Shown here: positions 10,016-19,998 of the stretch, piece after piece
Numbering within the stretch: the first letter of the stretch is position 1
Layout of the letters: the number at the start of each line of letters is the position of its first letter
Assembly: GCA_947628235.1 (NCBI GenBank)
Contig: CANQZC010000006.1
Span: 8,727 to 72,726 of the forward strand
Reading direction: 5' to 3'
DNA length: 64,000 nucleotides
Source: an uncultured Bacilli bacterium
GTDB taxonomy: Bacteria; Bacillota_I; Bacilli_A; RF39; UBA660
Notes under the pieces: generated by a model
Told to the model about the DNA's origin: nothing
Databases searched by the model: none
The model's input: the letters and a program-made list of their open reading frames with translations, nothing else
Position numbers and translations under genes: made by a program

Positions 10016-10993
10016 CTACTCTCTAAATTGTTTTTTATAATTTTCGATTATTTGGTAGAATTCTTGTTTCTTTTCTTCGGGCTGAAAAGAAGCTTCCATA
10101 GCCATCTCATTCATTTGACAAAAATCTAAATAGGTAACAGGAAAATGTTGTGACAACAATTGATATTCTTTTTCTAGATTAGTATAAGATACCGTTCGAT
10201 TATCTGTATTGATAGAAATTCTAACTCCCGCTTGATACATCTTCCAAAAAGGATGCTCATCTATATTTTTAACGGCTTTTGTCTGAATATTACTTGTTGG
10301 ACACATTTCTAATAAAATATGTTTTTGTTTTAATTCCTCTATCAGTTGCTTTTTTGCAATGGCATGAATTCCATGACCAATTCTAGAAGCACCAAAACGA
10401 ATGGCATCTTCGACACTTTTTTCATCCGCTGCCTCTCCGGCATGGATAGTAAACGGAATATCTAACTTTTTAGCAAGGCGAAATAACTCTTCGAAATCTT
10501 TAGTCGGATAAGATGCTTCATCCCCTGCAAGATCTAAAGCAACTACCCCACGATTCAAAAAACGCTTTGCTAAATTGATAATTTCTACATTCCTCTTAGT
10601 AGATTCATTTCGCATCATACAGAGAATAACACCAATAGGAATCTCTACTTTCTGAAAGCCCTCTATCACAGCCTCCACTACCTCATCGGCGTCTAATCCT
10701 TGGAGAGTATGCGCTAAAGGGAAGAAACGAACTTCCGCATAAATCACATGATCTTTTTGTAAATCCTCTCCTAGTTCTTGGGCAATTCTAGTTAGGTTCT
10801 CTTTTGTCTGCATCACAGAAATAGGAAGAGAAAAACATTTTAAATATTCCTCTAAACTAGAACACTCAGAAGAAGTAGTCGAATTTTTTTGAACTTCTTC
10901 CATCGGTAACTGCGAAAGTTCCTGTAGAGTAGATAGTCTTACACTACCATCTAAGTGAACATGTAATTCTACTTTAGGAAGCATTATATCCAT
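10016..10993 (-). CDS. add: adenosine deaminase
   Basis: 325 aa; LPKVELHVHLDGS metal-binding N-terminus, ...HAGE..., ...NTDN... motifs. Confidence 0.9.
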   Translation of the reverse strand: MDIMLPKVELHVHLDGSVRLSTLQELSQLPMEEVQKNSTTSSECSSLEEYLKCFSLPISVMQTKENLTRIAQELGEDLQKDHVIYAEVRFFPLAHTLQGLDADEVVEAVIEGFQKVEIPIGVILCMMRNESTKRNVEIINLAKRFLNRGVVALDLAGDEASYPTKDFEELFRLAKKLDIPFTIHAGEAADEKSVEDAIRFGASRIGHGIHAIAKKQLIEELKQKHILLEMCPTSNIQTKAVKNIDEHPFWKMYQAGVRISINTDNRTVSYTNLEKEYQLLSQHFPVTYLDFCQMNEMAMEASFQPEEKKQEFYQIIENYKKQFRE

Positions 10994-11001
10994 ATTATCA
11001 C

Positions 11002-11709
11002 CTACAATTTTAAACTGGTTTCTAACGCGAGTTCAATCATATCTAATAAGGCTTTTTGTCTTTCCTCACTAGTCGTTTCCGCACCTGTTACTAAATTATT
11101 AGAAACCGTTAATAGACAAGCTGCTTTTTTTCCTAAAACAGAAGCATTATGGAAAAGTGCGAAAGATTCCATCTCACAAGCAAGACATCCATATTTTTGA
11201 TAGAGTTCAGAATAGTTATCTTGTTCTTTATAAAATACATCACTACTGTGAACACAAGCAACCGTTAGATGTTTTCCCATCTCTTCCGCTGTTTTTTCTA
11301 AATAAAAATTAAGGGCAAAAGAAGATTCTTTAAACTCTTCTTCACTTCCATTTTGGGTTTTTCCAAAACTAGATTCAGAATAACATTTTTGAACTAAAAG
11401 TAAATCATATAAGTTTAAATCTTTCGTATAGGCTCCTGCTGTCCCAATACGAATAATGTTTTCTACATCATATTCTCGATATAATTCATAGGAATAAATT
11501 CCAATACTTGGCATTCCCATTCCCGATCCCATCACCGTAACTTCTTTTCCTTTATAAGTTCCTGTATAGGCAAACATCCCCCGAACCTGATTTACAAGTT
11601 TTGGATTTTCTAAATAAGTTTCAGCAATAAACTTCGCCCGTAGTGGGTCTCCTGGCATAATTACTGTTTTCGCAATACTTCCTTTTTCTGCTTCGATATG
11701 TGGTGTCAT
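11002..11709 (-). CDS. deoD: purine nucleoside phosphorylase DeoD-type (PNP/UDP family 1)
   Basis: 235 aa; MTPHI...GDPLRAKFIAE...MGSGMGMPS typical DeoD. Confidence 0.9.
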   Translation of the reverse strand: MTPHIEAEKGSIAKTVIMPGDPLRAKFIAETYLENPKLVNQVRGMFAYTGTYKGKEVTVMGSGMGMPSIGIYSYELYREYDVENIIRIGTAGAYTKDLNLYDLLLVQKCYSESSFGKTQNGSEEEFKESSFALNFYLEKTAEEMGKHLTVACVHSSDVFYKEQDNYSELYQKYGCLACEMESFALFHNASVLGKKAACLLTVSNNLVTGAETTSEERQKALLDMIELALETSLKL

Positions 11710-11748
11710 AAAAAACCTTCTTTCTATAAGATAAGAAAAGAGAATCCC

Positions 11749-12573
11749 TTAAGCATTCTCTTTATCTTCATTTTGATATTCATTTACATTAATGGCTATT
11801 CCAATCACCAAAATATAAGATAAAGCATAGATCCAAATCATTAAAATTACGATATTAGAAAGTCCTCCATAGAATAAATCGTAATTTGAAAAGTGACTAA
11901 CATAATAAGAATAAATAGCGGTCGCTATCATCCAACCTATGGTAGTAAAAATTGCTCCTTTGGTAGTATACTTACTTAATATTTTCCAATCGGGTGCCAT
12001 CGCATAAATCAATTTAATATTAAAATACATAATTAACAAAGAAATAGGCCATCTTGCATAAAGGACAATGTGATAAATAAAGTTCGTTGTCCCACTAGAT
12101 CCAAAAGCCTCTAAAGAAGCTTTCAAAATGATATGACCAAATGCCAAAACGACTACCGTAAAGACAAAAAGACCAATCATTAACATAATCATCAGCAAGG
12201 ATTTAATTCTTCGTTTTAACCATTCTGCATGAGGAAACCCATAAAGAGTATTCGATGCAAGAATAATAGAATGGGCTCCATTACTAGCTAGAATGTATCC
12301 TGTTAGCATGGAAATTCCAATATTGGTATCGAATCCTTTTCCTTCTAGTAGAGGAACTAATAAACTAACCACTTCTTTGGGAAAAGTATCCGTAATGATT
12401 TCTACTACACTTGCCATAGAAATAGAGAAAAAAGAAGCAATTACTCCAATTAAAATAAGGATTGGAAAAACTGCTAGAAACAAGAAAAAGGCAATTTGTC
12501 CCGGCAATACACGAATGAGGGGATTTTGAAATATCTCCCACAGTTTTTTTAGCTCCTTTTTTATCTTTTTCAT
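11749..12573 (-). CDS. YihY/BrkB family membrane protein
   Basis: 274 aa, six TM helices, YihY-like architecture. Confidence 0.65.
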   Translation of the reverse strand: MKKIKKELKKLWEIFQNPLIRVLPGQIAFFLFLAVFPILILIGVIASFFSISMASVVEIITDTFPKEVVSLLVPLLEGKGFDTNIGISMLTGYILASNGAHSIILASNTLYGFPHAEWLKRRIKSLLMIMLMIGLFVFTVVVLAFGHIILKASLEAFGSSGTTNFIYHIVLYARWPISLLIMYFNIKLIYAMAPDWKILSKYTTKGAIFTTIGWMIATAIYSYYVSHFSNYDLFYGGLSNIVILMIWIYALSYILVIGIAINVNEYQNEDKENA

Positions 12574-12585
12574 ATCTTTCCTCTT

Positions 12586-12786
12586 CTATTCTTCTGATAC
12601 ACGAACTAAATCTTTGGCAATTTCTTCTAAAGAACGACCGATTTCTTTTTTAGAAACATATTCTGATTCTTTCATTTGATAATATTCTTTTTCTTTCATT
12701 TCTTTCGCTCTTTTAGAAACAATGTTTACTAACAAATATTTAGAACCAACCTTTGTTAATAATTTATCGATAGATGGATATATCAT
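12586..12786 (-). CDS. rpoZ: DNA-directed RNA polymerase subunit omega
   Basis: MIYPSIDKLLTKVGSKYLLVNIVSKRAKEM matches omega N-terminus; start at internal ATG 12784-12786 with AGGAGA RBS (the track ORF extends 11 codons upstream). Confidence 0.75.
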   Translation of the reverse strand: MIYPSIDKLLTKVGSKYLLVNIVSKRAKEMKEKEYYQMKESEYVSKKEIGRSLEEIAKDLVRVSEE

Positions 12787-12867
12787 AATTTCACTCTCCT
12801 TAGTATTAGGATATCCCATCTAAGTGTAAACTTCAATAATTTTACAAGAAATTGACAAAAGTTTACA

Positions 12868-14142
12868 TTACTCGATAATTTCATAAATTAATGGTTCTTT
12901 TTCTTTTGGCTCTGCTTCAATCGTGAAGCACTCTAAAATTTCATTGACACGGACATCTAAATTGTCTAAGAAAACTTTTACTAATTCTTCATTTACTTCA
13001 ATAAAATCTCCTACTTTATGATTTAAAAGAAGTCCCACTTGATAGTGAATCTCATCTTCCTTAGTAAGTCTTCCAGCACCGATCTTTCTAGCAATCTCAC
13101 CGAGTCCTAAAGTATTAATTGCTGTAATATATCCAGCCTTCGCACTACGAACAGAGAAAATACGCTTAGAAACTTCTAGTTTCTCTAGGTCTCCTCCTTG
13201 GCTTTTTACCATTTCTTCAAATTTTTGATAAGCAGCTCCCGTATTGAACTTTTTAAAGCATTGTTGTTCGGCTTCTTCTAAATCGATATTTTCTACACGG
13301 CTGACAATAAAACCAGCGATTTTAATAATCAATTCCATGACATCTTCTGGTCCCATTCCCTTTAAGCAGTCCATTGCTTCTTCTACTTCAATGGCATTTC
13401 CAATAGCGTTTCCTAAAGGTTCACTCATGTTAGTTAAAATACATACCGTCTTTTTGCCAAAGCGATTTCCAATATCAATCATGGTGTGCGCTAAAGCCTT
13501 AGCATCCTCTAAATTTTTCATCAAGGCTCCATTTCCTACTTTTACATCAATGAAAATAAAGTCTGAACCACTCGCTATTTTTTTAGACATAATACTAGAA
13601 GCGATTAAAGGAATGGAATCTACCGTTCCTGTAACATCGCGTAATGCATATAATTTTTTATCAGCAGGAACTAAATTTCCAGATTGACTAATGACCGCTA
13701 CTCCAATGTCATTTACTTGTTTCACAAAAGCATCTCTATCTAGTTCCACTTGATATCCTGGAATAGATTCTAATTTATCAATAGTTCCTCCAGTGTGGCC
13801 CAAACCACGACCACTCATCTTTGCTACTTTTAATCCGAAGGAAGCAAGTAAAGGCGCTAAAATAAGAGTAACCTTATCTCCTACTCCACCAGTTGAATGT
13901 TTATCCACCTTTACACCCTCAATAGCACTTAAATCAATCGTTTCTCCACTATGAAGCATTGCATCCGTAAGATAAAAGGTTTCTTCTAGATCCATTCCAT
14001 TTAAAACAATAGCCATTAAAAGAGCACTGACTTGGTAATCTAGCGTTCTTCCAGCTACCATCTCTTCTATCCAAAAATGAATTTCTTCTTCCGTTAATTT
14101 TTCTTTTCTTTTTTTCTTTTCAATTATCTCTAATAAGGTCAT
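12868..14142 (-). CDS. pdp: pyrimidine-nucleoside (thymidine) phosphorylase
   Basis: 424 aa; HSTGGVGDK, SGRGLGHTGGT.DKLE motifs. Confidence 0.9.
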   Translation of the reverse strand: MTLLEIIEKKKRKEKLTEEEIHFWIEEMVAGRTLDYQVSALLMAIVLNGMDLEETFYLTDAMLHSGETIDLSAIEGVKVDKHSTGGVGDKVTLILAPLLASFGLKVAKMSGRGLGHTGGTIDKLESIPGYQVELDRDAFVKQVNDIGVAVISQSGNLVPADKKLYALRDVTGTVDSIPLIASSIMSKKIASGSDFIFIDVKVGNGALMKNLEDAKALAHTMIDIGNRFGKKTVCILTNMSEPLGNAIGNAIEVEEAMDCLKGMGPEDVMELIIKIAGFIVSRVENIDLEEAEQQCFKKFNTGAAYQKFEEMVKSQGGDLEKLEVSKRIFSVRSAKAGYITAINTLGLGEIARKIGAGRLTKEDEIHYQVGLLLNHKVGDFIEVNEELVKVFLDNLDVRVNEILECFTIEAEPKEKEPLIYEIIE

Positions 14143-14191
14143 AGTATCACCATATTCATTATATCAAATACAGGGAAAAAAAGAAAGCAAT

Positions 14192-15019
14192 CTATTGCTT
14201 TCGAGAAAAGTTAGATGCCATCTTTTCTTGATACTCTTCCCAAGGAATTGTTAGTCCATAAAGAAGTTTTTGAGAATCATCTAACGAAGAGACGAATGCC
14301 AAAGTATTTTCTAGGCTGCCACCATGATAAAGAATATACTGTTCGAATGGGCCAGAAAAAATACCTTTCTCTTGACTCGTTAAAAATCCATCAGGAGTTC
14401 TAAAATCGTATCCTTTTTGATAAGTTTCTTTAAGACATTTTTCTAGATAAGTAAAAAGATTAGAATCTACTTTAGGAAGATAAGAAAGGACTTCCATAAT
14501 GGCTTCGATAGAATGAATTTCGGCTAATCGCTCGAATGGACTATAGTCATAACTAACACTAGACTCTGGTCCATCAAAGGTAACCATCTTAAGAATGCTA
14601 GACTCCATATCTGTTCCTAATGCGACTTGCTTTTTCTGATAAGCATGTTCTAGTTCATGAAGAATAGACTGAGTAATTAAAGCATTGATTCCTAGAATAG
14701 TGTCTGAAATATTTTCTTTATCTACTTCTGATTTTCGAAATTGATGTATATTTTTTTCGTAAATCACAATTCTTTTGGTTTCCGCTTCATAACCAGCTTG
14801 ACCAAAAAGTCCTGCTAATCCATCCATATACTTTTGATACTCAGATTCTTCTTCCTTTCCTTTCGGAATAACAAAAATCTCTTGCACATAGTCTTCTAAC
14901 CCATTTTCTTTTACTACTATAGAAATTAATTCTTTAAAAAACGATTCTCCCACTATTTTATTTTGTGCCTGATACTCTTTTAGTAACGCCGCAATTTTTA
15001 TATTCATTTCTTTTCTCAT
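14192..15019 (-). CDS. hypothetical protein with HExxH (HELEH) motif, possible metallopeptidase-like
   Basis: 275 aa; SILHELEHAYQ; no other recognisable domain. Confidence 0.45.
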   Translation of the reverse strand: MRKEMNIKIAALLKEYQAQNKIVGESFFKELISIVVKENGLEDYVQEIFVIPKGKEEESEYQKYMDGLAGLFGQAGYEAETKRIVIYEKNIHQFRKSEVDKENISDTILGINALITQSILHELEHAYQKKQVALGTDMESSILKMVTFDGPESSVSYDYSPFERLAEIHSIEAIMEVLSYLPKVDSNLFTYLEKCLKETYQKGYDFRTPDGFLTSQEKGIFSGPFEQYILYHGGSLENTLAFVSSLDDSQKLLYGLTIPWEEYQEKMASNFSRKQ

Positions 15020-15080
15020 AAATACCTACCATCTACAATCATTATATCATATTTTCTTTTTAAGAAAAGCAAAAAGCAGA

Positions 15081-15416
15081 TTACTCTGCTTCCTTTTTCT
15101 TGCTCGATAAAAAAGTAACTTTCTCAGCGACAACTTCAACTAATTGACGTTTTTGTTCATCTTCTGTCTCTATCTGTCTACTTTGAATGTGTCCTTTAAT
15201 ACCTACTAGATCTCCTTGTTTGCAGTACTCTACTGTACTTTCTGCAACTCCTTTCCACATAACACAGGAGATAAAATCAGTCTCATATTCGCCATTCGCA
15301 TTTTTGAATGGACGTGGAACAGCTAAGGTTACATGAGTCAATTTTTTGCCATTTTCAGTTTCTCTTAGTTCTGGGGTTTGAACAATTCTTCCAACTAATA
15401 CAGCCTGATTTAACAC
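15081..15416 (-). CDS. ssb: single-stranded DNA-binding protein (short form lacking acidic C-terminal tail, SsbB-like)
   Basis: 111 aa OB-fold SSB (MLNQAVLVGRI...); GTG start with GGAGG RBS; ends KKKEAE, no DDDIPF tail. Confidence 0.8.
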   Translation of the reverse strand: MLNQAVLVGRIVQTPELRETENGKKLTHVTLAVPRPFKNANGEYETDFISCVMWKGVAESTVEYCKQGDLVGIKGHIQSRQIETEDEQKRQLVEVVAEKVTFLSSKKKEAE

Positions 15417-15484
15417 AACTTTTTCCTCCTTTCGAAAAGCATCATACTACCTTTTCAACAAAAAGAAAAAAAGCAATTTTTTAA

Positions 15485-15530
15485 AAATGGGAGGCCCTAT
15501 TTCGGGTCAAAAGGCCGTTTTGGCCTCTAA
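15485..15530 (-). terminator. GC-rich stem-loop element downstream of sufB (probable intrinsic terminator)
   Basis: AGGCC-GTTTT-GGCCT hairpin nested in GAGGCC...GGCCTC, flanked by T/A runs; stands out in AT-rich intergenic DNA. Confidence 0.4.
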
Positions 15531-15619
15531 AACTAAATTTTGGAATAGAAAAAAATTGCTATTTTACAAATTTCAACAATTTGCAAAAAAAACATCTTTT
15601 GATGTTTTCTTTTGATATT

Positions 15620-16945
15620 TTAAAAATAATTTTTTAATAACGCATTTAATTCGACGGCGTATTCCATTGGAAGTTCTTCACGGAATCGATCGATAAATCC
15701 CATAATAATTAATTCTTTGGCGCGTTCCTCATTGATTCCGCGACTCATTAAATAAAATAGTTTTTCTTTACTAATTTTTGCTACCGTCGCTTCATGATTC
15801 AAAAAAGAACTTGTATTTTCAACAATATTTTTAGGGATAGTATCACTTTTAGAATCTTCATCCAGAATAATCGTATCGCATTTTACCATGGCTTTAGAAT
15901 GATGAGCATCTTTAGAGATTCTAACCGTCCCACGATATGTAGCCTCTCCCCCATTCGCCGCAATAGATTTACTAATAATCTCACTCGATGTATAAGGCGC
16001 TAAATGAATCATTCTCGCTCCCGCATCTTGAATTTGAGAAGAAGAGGCAACAGCAATAGAAATACATCTTCCATGGGCATGAGGACCATTTAAAATACAT
16101 CCTGGATATTTCATATTCACCTTAGAACCAATATTTCCATCAATCCACTCCATCAATCCATTTTCTTCTACTTTCGCTCTTTTCGTAACTAAGTTATATA
16201 CATCACTAGACCAATTTTGAATAGTTGTATAACGGCATTTGGCATTTTTTCCAACAAAGATTTCTACGACAGCAGCATGTAGAGAATCCGAAGAATAAGT
16301 AGGTGCTGTACATCCTTCCATATAATGAAGTTCTGAACCTTCATCGACAATGATTAAAGTTCTTTCAAACTGTCCCATATTCGCACTATTCAAACGGAAA
16401 TAACTTTGTAAAGGACGATCTAACTTCGTATGAGGAGGAACATAAATAAAGGTTCCACCACTCCAAACTGCCCCATTTAAAGCAGTATATTTATTTTCAT
16501 TCACATTAACTAGATGATTAAAATATTTACGGAAAAGTTCGGGATATTTTTGTAAAGCTGTATCCGTATCACAGAAAAGAACATTCTTCTTTTCTAACTC
16601 TTCAATCATATGATGATAGACAACTTCACTTTCATATTGCGCCCCAATTCCGGCTAAATATTTTTTTTCTGCTTCCGGAAGTCCTAATTTATCAAATGTA
16701 TTTCGAACATCTTCCGGAACATCATCCCAACTTTTTTCTACCTTTTGAGATGCTCTAGACTTATAATAGGTTATCGTATCAAAATCAATTTTTAATTCTG
16801 GCCCAAAAGTAGGTTGAGAAGAATTCATAAACTTTTCGTAAGCTTTCTCACGAAAGTCTAACATCCAATCAGGTTCCCCTTTTAAGCGTGAAATATCTCT
16901 TACTTTTTCTGCATCAAGGCCTTTGATTTCCATAAAATCACCCAT
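15620..16945 (-). CDS. sufB: Fe-S cluster assembly protein SufB
   Basis: 441 aa; EGCTAP, NALLK and overall SufB likeness. Confidence 0.9.
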   Translation of the reverse strand: MGDFMEIKGLDAEKVRDISRLKGEPDWMLDFREKAYEKFMNSSQPTFGPELKIDFDTITYYKSRASQKVEKSWDDVPEDVRNTFDKLGLPEAEKKYLAGIGAQYESEVVYHHMIEELEKKNVLFCDTDTALQKYPELFRKYFNHLVNVNENKYTALNGAVWSGGTFIYVPPHTKLDRPLQSYFRLNSANMGQFERTLIIVDEGSELHYMEGCTAPTYSSDSLHAAVVEIFVGKNAKCRYTTIQNWSSDVYNLVTKRAKVEENGLMEWIDGNIGSKVNMKYPGCILNGPHAHGRCISIAVASSSQIQDAGARMIHLAPYTSSEIISKSIAANGGEATYRGTVRISKDAHHSKAMVKCDTIILDEDSKSDTIPKNIVENTSSFLNHEATVAKISKEKLFYLMSRGINEERAKELIIMGFIDRFREELPMEYAVELNALLKNYF

Positions 16946-16987
16946 TAACCATTATACTAGAAAATAAGAAAAAGAAAAAGAAAATCA

Positions 16988-17413
16988 TCACTTTTTTTGA
17001 TTTTCTTCCTTTTTTCTTGGCTTTTTAGAAAAAATTTTTTGTTTGGCTTTTTCAAAAGAAGGGACATTCGCCCTTGCCTTTTCTTCCCTGTCTCCATGAT
17101 ACCATTCATAGGCACCTAAGGCTTGCTTCAAAATAACCATTTCACATTCTTTAGGAATACTTGCTTCATATAGTTGATAAACATATAATTGATTTTGATC
17201 TATCGATTGCAGAGTTTCGACTGAAATATTACCATGAACTTTTGGAAGGATTTCAAAAACTTGATAAGTATAAATATCAATGGCTACATTTTCAACAACT
17301 ATAACAGGTCGTGTCATATCTGCTAAAAAAAGAAGGAATATTCCATCTTTATCATATTTAGGTTCTGTGAATTGAACTACTCGCGCAATTTTAAACTGAA
17401 TGATTGGTTTCAT
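16988..17413 (-). CDS. hypothetical protein (between sufU and sufB)
   Basis: 141 aa, lysine-rich tail; no motif recognised. Confidence 0.45.
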   Translation of the reverse strand: MKPIIQFKIARVVQFTEPKYDKDGIFLLFLADMTRPVIVVENVAIDIYTYQVFEILPKVHGNISVETLQSIDQNQLYVYQLYEASIPKECEMVILKQALGAYEWYHGDREEKARANVPSFEKAKQKIFSKKPRKKEENQKK

Positions 17414-17837
17414 AAGATTCTAGTTCTCCTAAAATTTTCTCGATTCCCCACCATGGCAAAAGTGCACATTTTTTTCGATTTGGTTGTTTATAAATATCAT
17501 CATAGACGATGGCTTGTTCTAACACATCTTCTCGGTATTCTTTTTCATCTATCATATTAGAAAAATTCTTTAAAATTTCAATGGCTTGTTCTACTGTTTT
17601 ACCAGTTAATGTTTCCACCATAATAGAGGAAGAACTAGTACATATTGCACAAGCCTCTCCATCAAAATGAATATCTTTTAAAATACCATCTTCTATTTTC
17701 ACTTGTACTTTTACTTCATCGATGCAAGACTCATTGTTCATATCTGCTAAAAGATAACTATCATCTTCTACTAATCCCTTATTTCTTGGATTTTGATAAT
17801 GTTCTAAAATGATTCCTCTTCTAAAGTTTTGATCCAT
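17391..17837 (-). CDS. sufU: SUF system sulfur-transfer scaffold SufU (IscU/NifU-like)
   Basis: HYQNPRNKG...C..D....DG...GEACAICTSS; start at internal ATG 17835-17837 with GGTGA RBS. Confidence 0.85.
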   Translation of the reverse strand: MDQNFRRGIILEHYQNPRNKGLVEDDSYLLADMNNESCIDEVKVQVKIEDGILKDIHFDGEACAICTSSSSIMVETLTGKTVEQAIEILKNFSNMIDEKEYREDVLEQAIVYDDIYKQPNRKKCALLPWWGIEKILGELESYETNHSV

Positions 17838-17980
17838 AGTATCACCACTTTCATTATACGATAATCTTTCCTTTGTTTCAACAGACATTCTTTTTTCGTT
17901 GTCTTTCGTTTGTCAATTTTGAAAGAAAAACTAGAGTAAATTGTATCAAAATTTGATTTTGGAGTCAAATAAAAAGAAGC

Positions 17981-18241
17981 TTATTTAGCTTCTACAATCA
18001 ATTTAATAGCAGTCCTTTCTTCTCCATCAATTAAAATATCCGTGAAGGCAGGAATGCAAACTAAGTTTTTACCAGAGGGAGCAACAAACCCACGCGCTAT
18101 CGCAATTGCTTTAATCGCTTGATTTAATGCTCCTGCTCCAATTGCCTGTATTTCTACTTCTCCTTTTTCACGAAAAACATTTGCCAATGCTCCGGCTACG
18201 GAATTAGGATTTGATTTTGTTCCTACTTTAAGTGTTTCCAT
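17981..18241 (-). CDS. spoVS: stage V sporulation protein S
   Basis: 86 aa; near-identical pattern to SpoVS (LKV..KS.PNSVAGALA...GAGALNQA.KA.AIARGF...IPAF.DI.IDGEERTAIKLIVE). Confidence 0.85.
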   Translation of the reverse strand: METLKVGTKSNPNSVAGALANVFREKGEVEIQAIGAGALNQAIKAIAIARGFVAPSGKNLVCIPAFTDILIDGEERTAIKLIVEAK

Positions 18242-18340
18242 ATATTTTGTTTTCTTCCTTTCTACATTAAACTATATGAAGAAGGATATTTTTTAGAACT
18301 ACTATACAAATAAAAATATAGAGAGAGCAAAAATTAGGTA

Positions 18341-18369
18341 TTGACAAAGGCTGGAGTTCTAAGTATAAT
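18341..18369 (+). promoter_or_regulatory. sigma-A consensus promoter for tRNA-Gly
   Basis: TTGACA (18341-46), 17 nt, TATAAT (18364-69); tRNA starts ~14 nt downstream. Confidence 0.65.
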
Positions 18370-18382
18370 TATAAATGTTGAT

Positions 18383-18456
18383 GCAGGTGTAGTTCAATGG
18401 TAGAACTCCAGCCTTCCAAGCTGATAACGTGGGTCCGATTCCCATCACCTGCTCCA
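18383..18456 (+). tRNA. tRNA-Gly (anticodon UCC), CCA encoded
   Basis: Cloverleaf: acceptor GCAGGTG/CACCTGC, D-arm GTTCAATGGTAGAAC, anticodon loop CTTCCAA, T-arm GTGGGTCCGATTCCCAT, discriminator U, CCA. Confidence 0.9.
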
Positions 18457-18470
18457 TTTTAAATACAAAG

Positions 18471-18502
18471 ACTAGTTCTTATACGAGGACTAGTTTTTTT
18501 AA
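18471..18502 (+). terminator. intrinsic terminator after tRNA-Gly
   Basis: ACTAGT...ACTAGT hairpin followed by T7. Confidence 0.6.
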
Positions 18503-18527
18503 TCCCACGTTATCAGCAATGGAAGTA

Positions 18528-19295
18528 TCAAGAAACCGATTTTGGAAATTTTTGATTCTTTAAATACATATTTTCAAGGATATGATCAAAAAGATTGTAC
18601 CACTTTACCTGAATACAAAATCTATCTTTTTCATATTTATCATTATAATTTAGACACCTATTTTTCGGTTGAACAGTAAGTACACTAAAATGAACTGTAG
18701 AGGAGTATTCCTCTTTTTTACTTAGAATAACATTGATAATATCTTCTTTTGTGATAAAGATAAAATCATCTACTTCCCCGCAAATCAAAGCATCAATAGA
18801 AAAATTAGAATTATTACCACGAAGGATAAATCGATCTATGGCCTTTATTAATAACTGCTCATTATTGATTTCACTATTTATTTTGTCAATCTTGTCCTGA
18901 TTTTGAAGTTTATATTCTTCCGTAGATATTCTTTTTGTTCCTCTACCATTTGTGGTTCCATCGGCATAGTGAAATTTTAAATACTCCATCACACTTTCTC
19001 GCGATATATGATTTGATATTAAGAAACTAACAAATTCTGAAATGGGTTCTACATGAACAGAATTCTTCATTCCTTTTTTAATACTAATCCCTTTCATTTT
19101 ATTATTTATTTTTACTAGAATATCAGACTTCTGTGGTAGATGGTTACGCCAACATTTGATAATAGAATCTTCCTTTTCACCAGGAAAGATAGTTTCAATT
19201 AGTTCTCTACAAATAGGAGTCAATTCCTTAATCTTTTTATTATTTAGTTCTAAAACAAAAGCAAATTCATTATCAAATCCATTGATTTCGCTCAT
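18528..19295 (-). CDS. hypothetical protein (no recognisable domain)
   Basis: 255 aa; convergent with tRNA-Gly; first gene of a 3-gene accessory block. Confidence 0.5.
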   Translation of the reverse strand: MSEINGFDNEFAFVLELNNKKIKELTPICRELIETIFPGEKEDSIIKCWRNHLPQKSDILVKINNKMKGISIKKGMKNSVHVEPISEFVSFLISNHISRESVMEYLKFHYADGTTNGRGTKRISTEEYKLQNQDKIDKINSEINNEQLLIKAIDRFILRGNNSNFSIDALICGEVDDFIFITKEDIINVILSKKEEYSSTVHFSVLTVQPKNRCLNYNDKYEKDRFCIQVKWYNLFDHILENMYLKNQKFPKSVS

Positions 19296-19404
19296 TTTAT
19301 CACCTCCTATTTATATATTATCTATAAGTTTTTCATTTCCTTTTATTTCCACCAAAAAACTCCAGAAGAATTTTGACATAACCACCAAAACTCTTAGGAG
19401 TTTT

Positions 19405-19965
19405 TTATTTTCTCGATATTATCATATGAAGGTCTTCCTCAGTTTTTCCTTCTCCATCTACAACAAAGCCAACTTTTTCATAACAGTGAATGGCCTTTTG
19501 ATTTGTCGCATAAACATTTAATTCCATTCCTTTTAAATGACAAATTTCATAAGCATAAGTTAATAATGCTTGAATAGATTCTGTTCCATAATGTTTATCT
19601 TGTTTTTTAGGAGTAATAGAAATTCCTAACTCCCCAATCCCCTCATGGATATGCATAATTTCAATATTTCCAATAAAATCACCTGTAGATTTTTCAATCA
19701 TAGAAAAACAGATAGCTTGCTTTTCTAACTTGGATTGAAGCCATTGAAGTTCTTCTTCATAAGTATAAGTACGAATATCATGACTGATTTGCTTTGCTAC
19801 CTTAGGGTCATTTACCATCGTTAAGTAATCTGGTATTAATCTTTCATTTAATTTGATATATTGAATATTTTGAGATTCAAAAACAATTTCATCTTTCATT
19901 TTTTTCACCAATTCCATTATAAACGAATTCTCATAAAATTGAAAATTTTTACTTTCTAAAAACAA
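19405..19965 (-). CDS. GNAT family N-acetyltransferase (RimJ/RimL-like)
   Basis: 186 aa; acetyl-CoA binding region ...GIGELGISI...HYGTESIQALLTYAYE...; GNAT fold pattern. Confidence 0.75.
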   Translation of the reverse strand: MFLESKNFQFYENSFIMELVKKMKDEIVFESQNIQYIKLNERLIPDYLTMVNDPKVAKQISHDIRTYTYEEELQWLQSKLEKQAICFSMIEKSTGDFIGNIEIMHIHEGIGELGISITPKKQDKHYGTESIQALLTYAYEICHLKGMELNVYATNQKAIHCYEKVGFVVDGEGKTEEDLHMIISRK

Positions 19966-19998
19966 AAACTAGCAAAAGAATTGCTAGTTCAAAGCATT

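Noticed and set aside
13244-13687. 147-aa plus-strand ORF inside pdp (and similar antisense ORFs 3649-3873, 8389-8622, 12293-12529, 15794-16003, 20167-20373, 42519-42785, 51340-51612, 61623-62054)
   Set aside because: All lie antisense within long, well-supported CDS in AT-rich DNA; low-complexity translations; no independent start signals.
15485-15530. GC-rich structured element as a possible small ncRNA/riboswitch
   Set aside because: Too short, located at the 3' end of sufB with T-runs; more simply a terminator.
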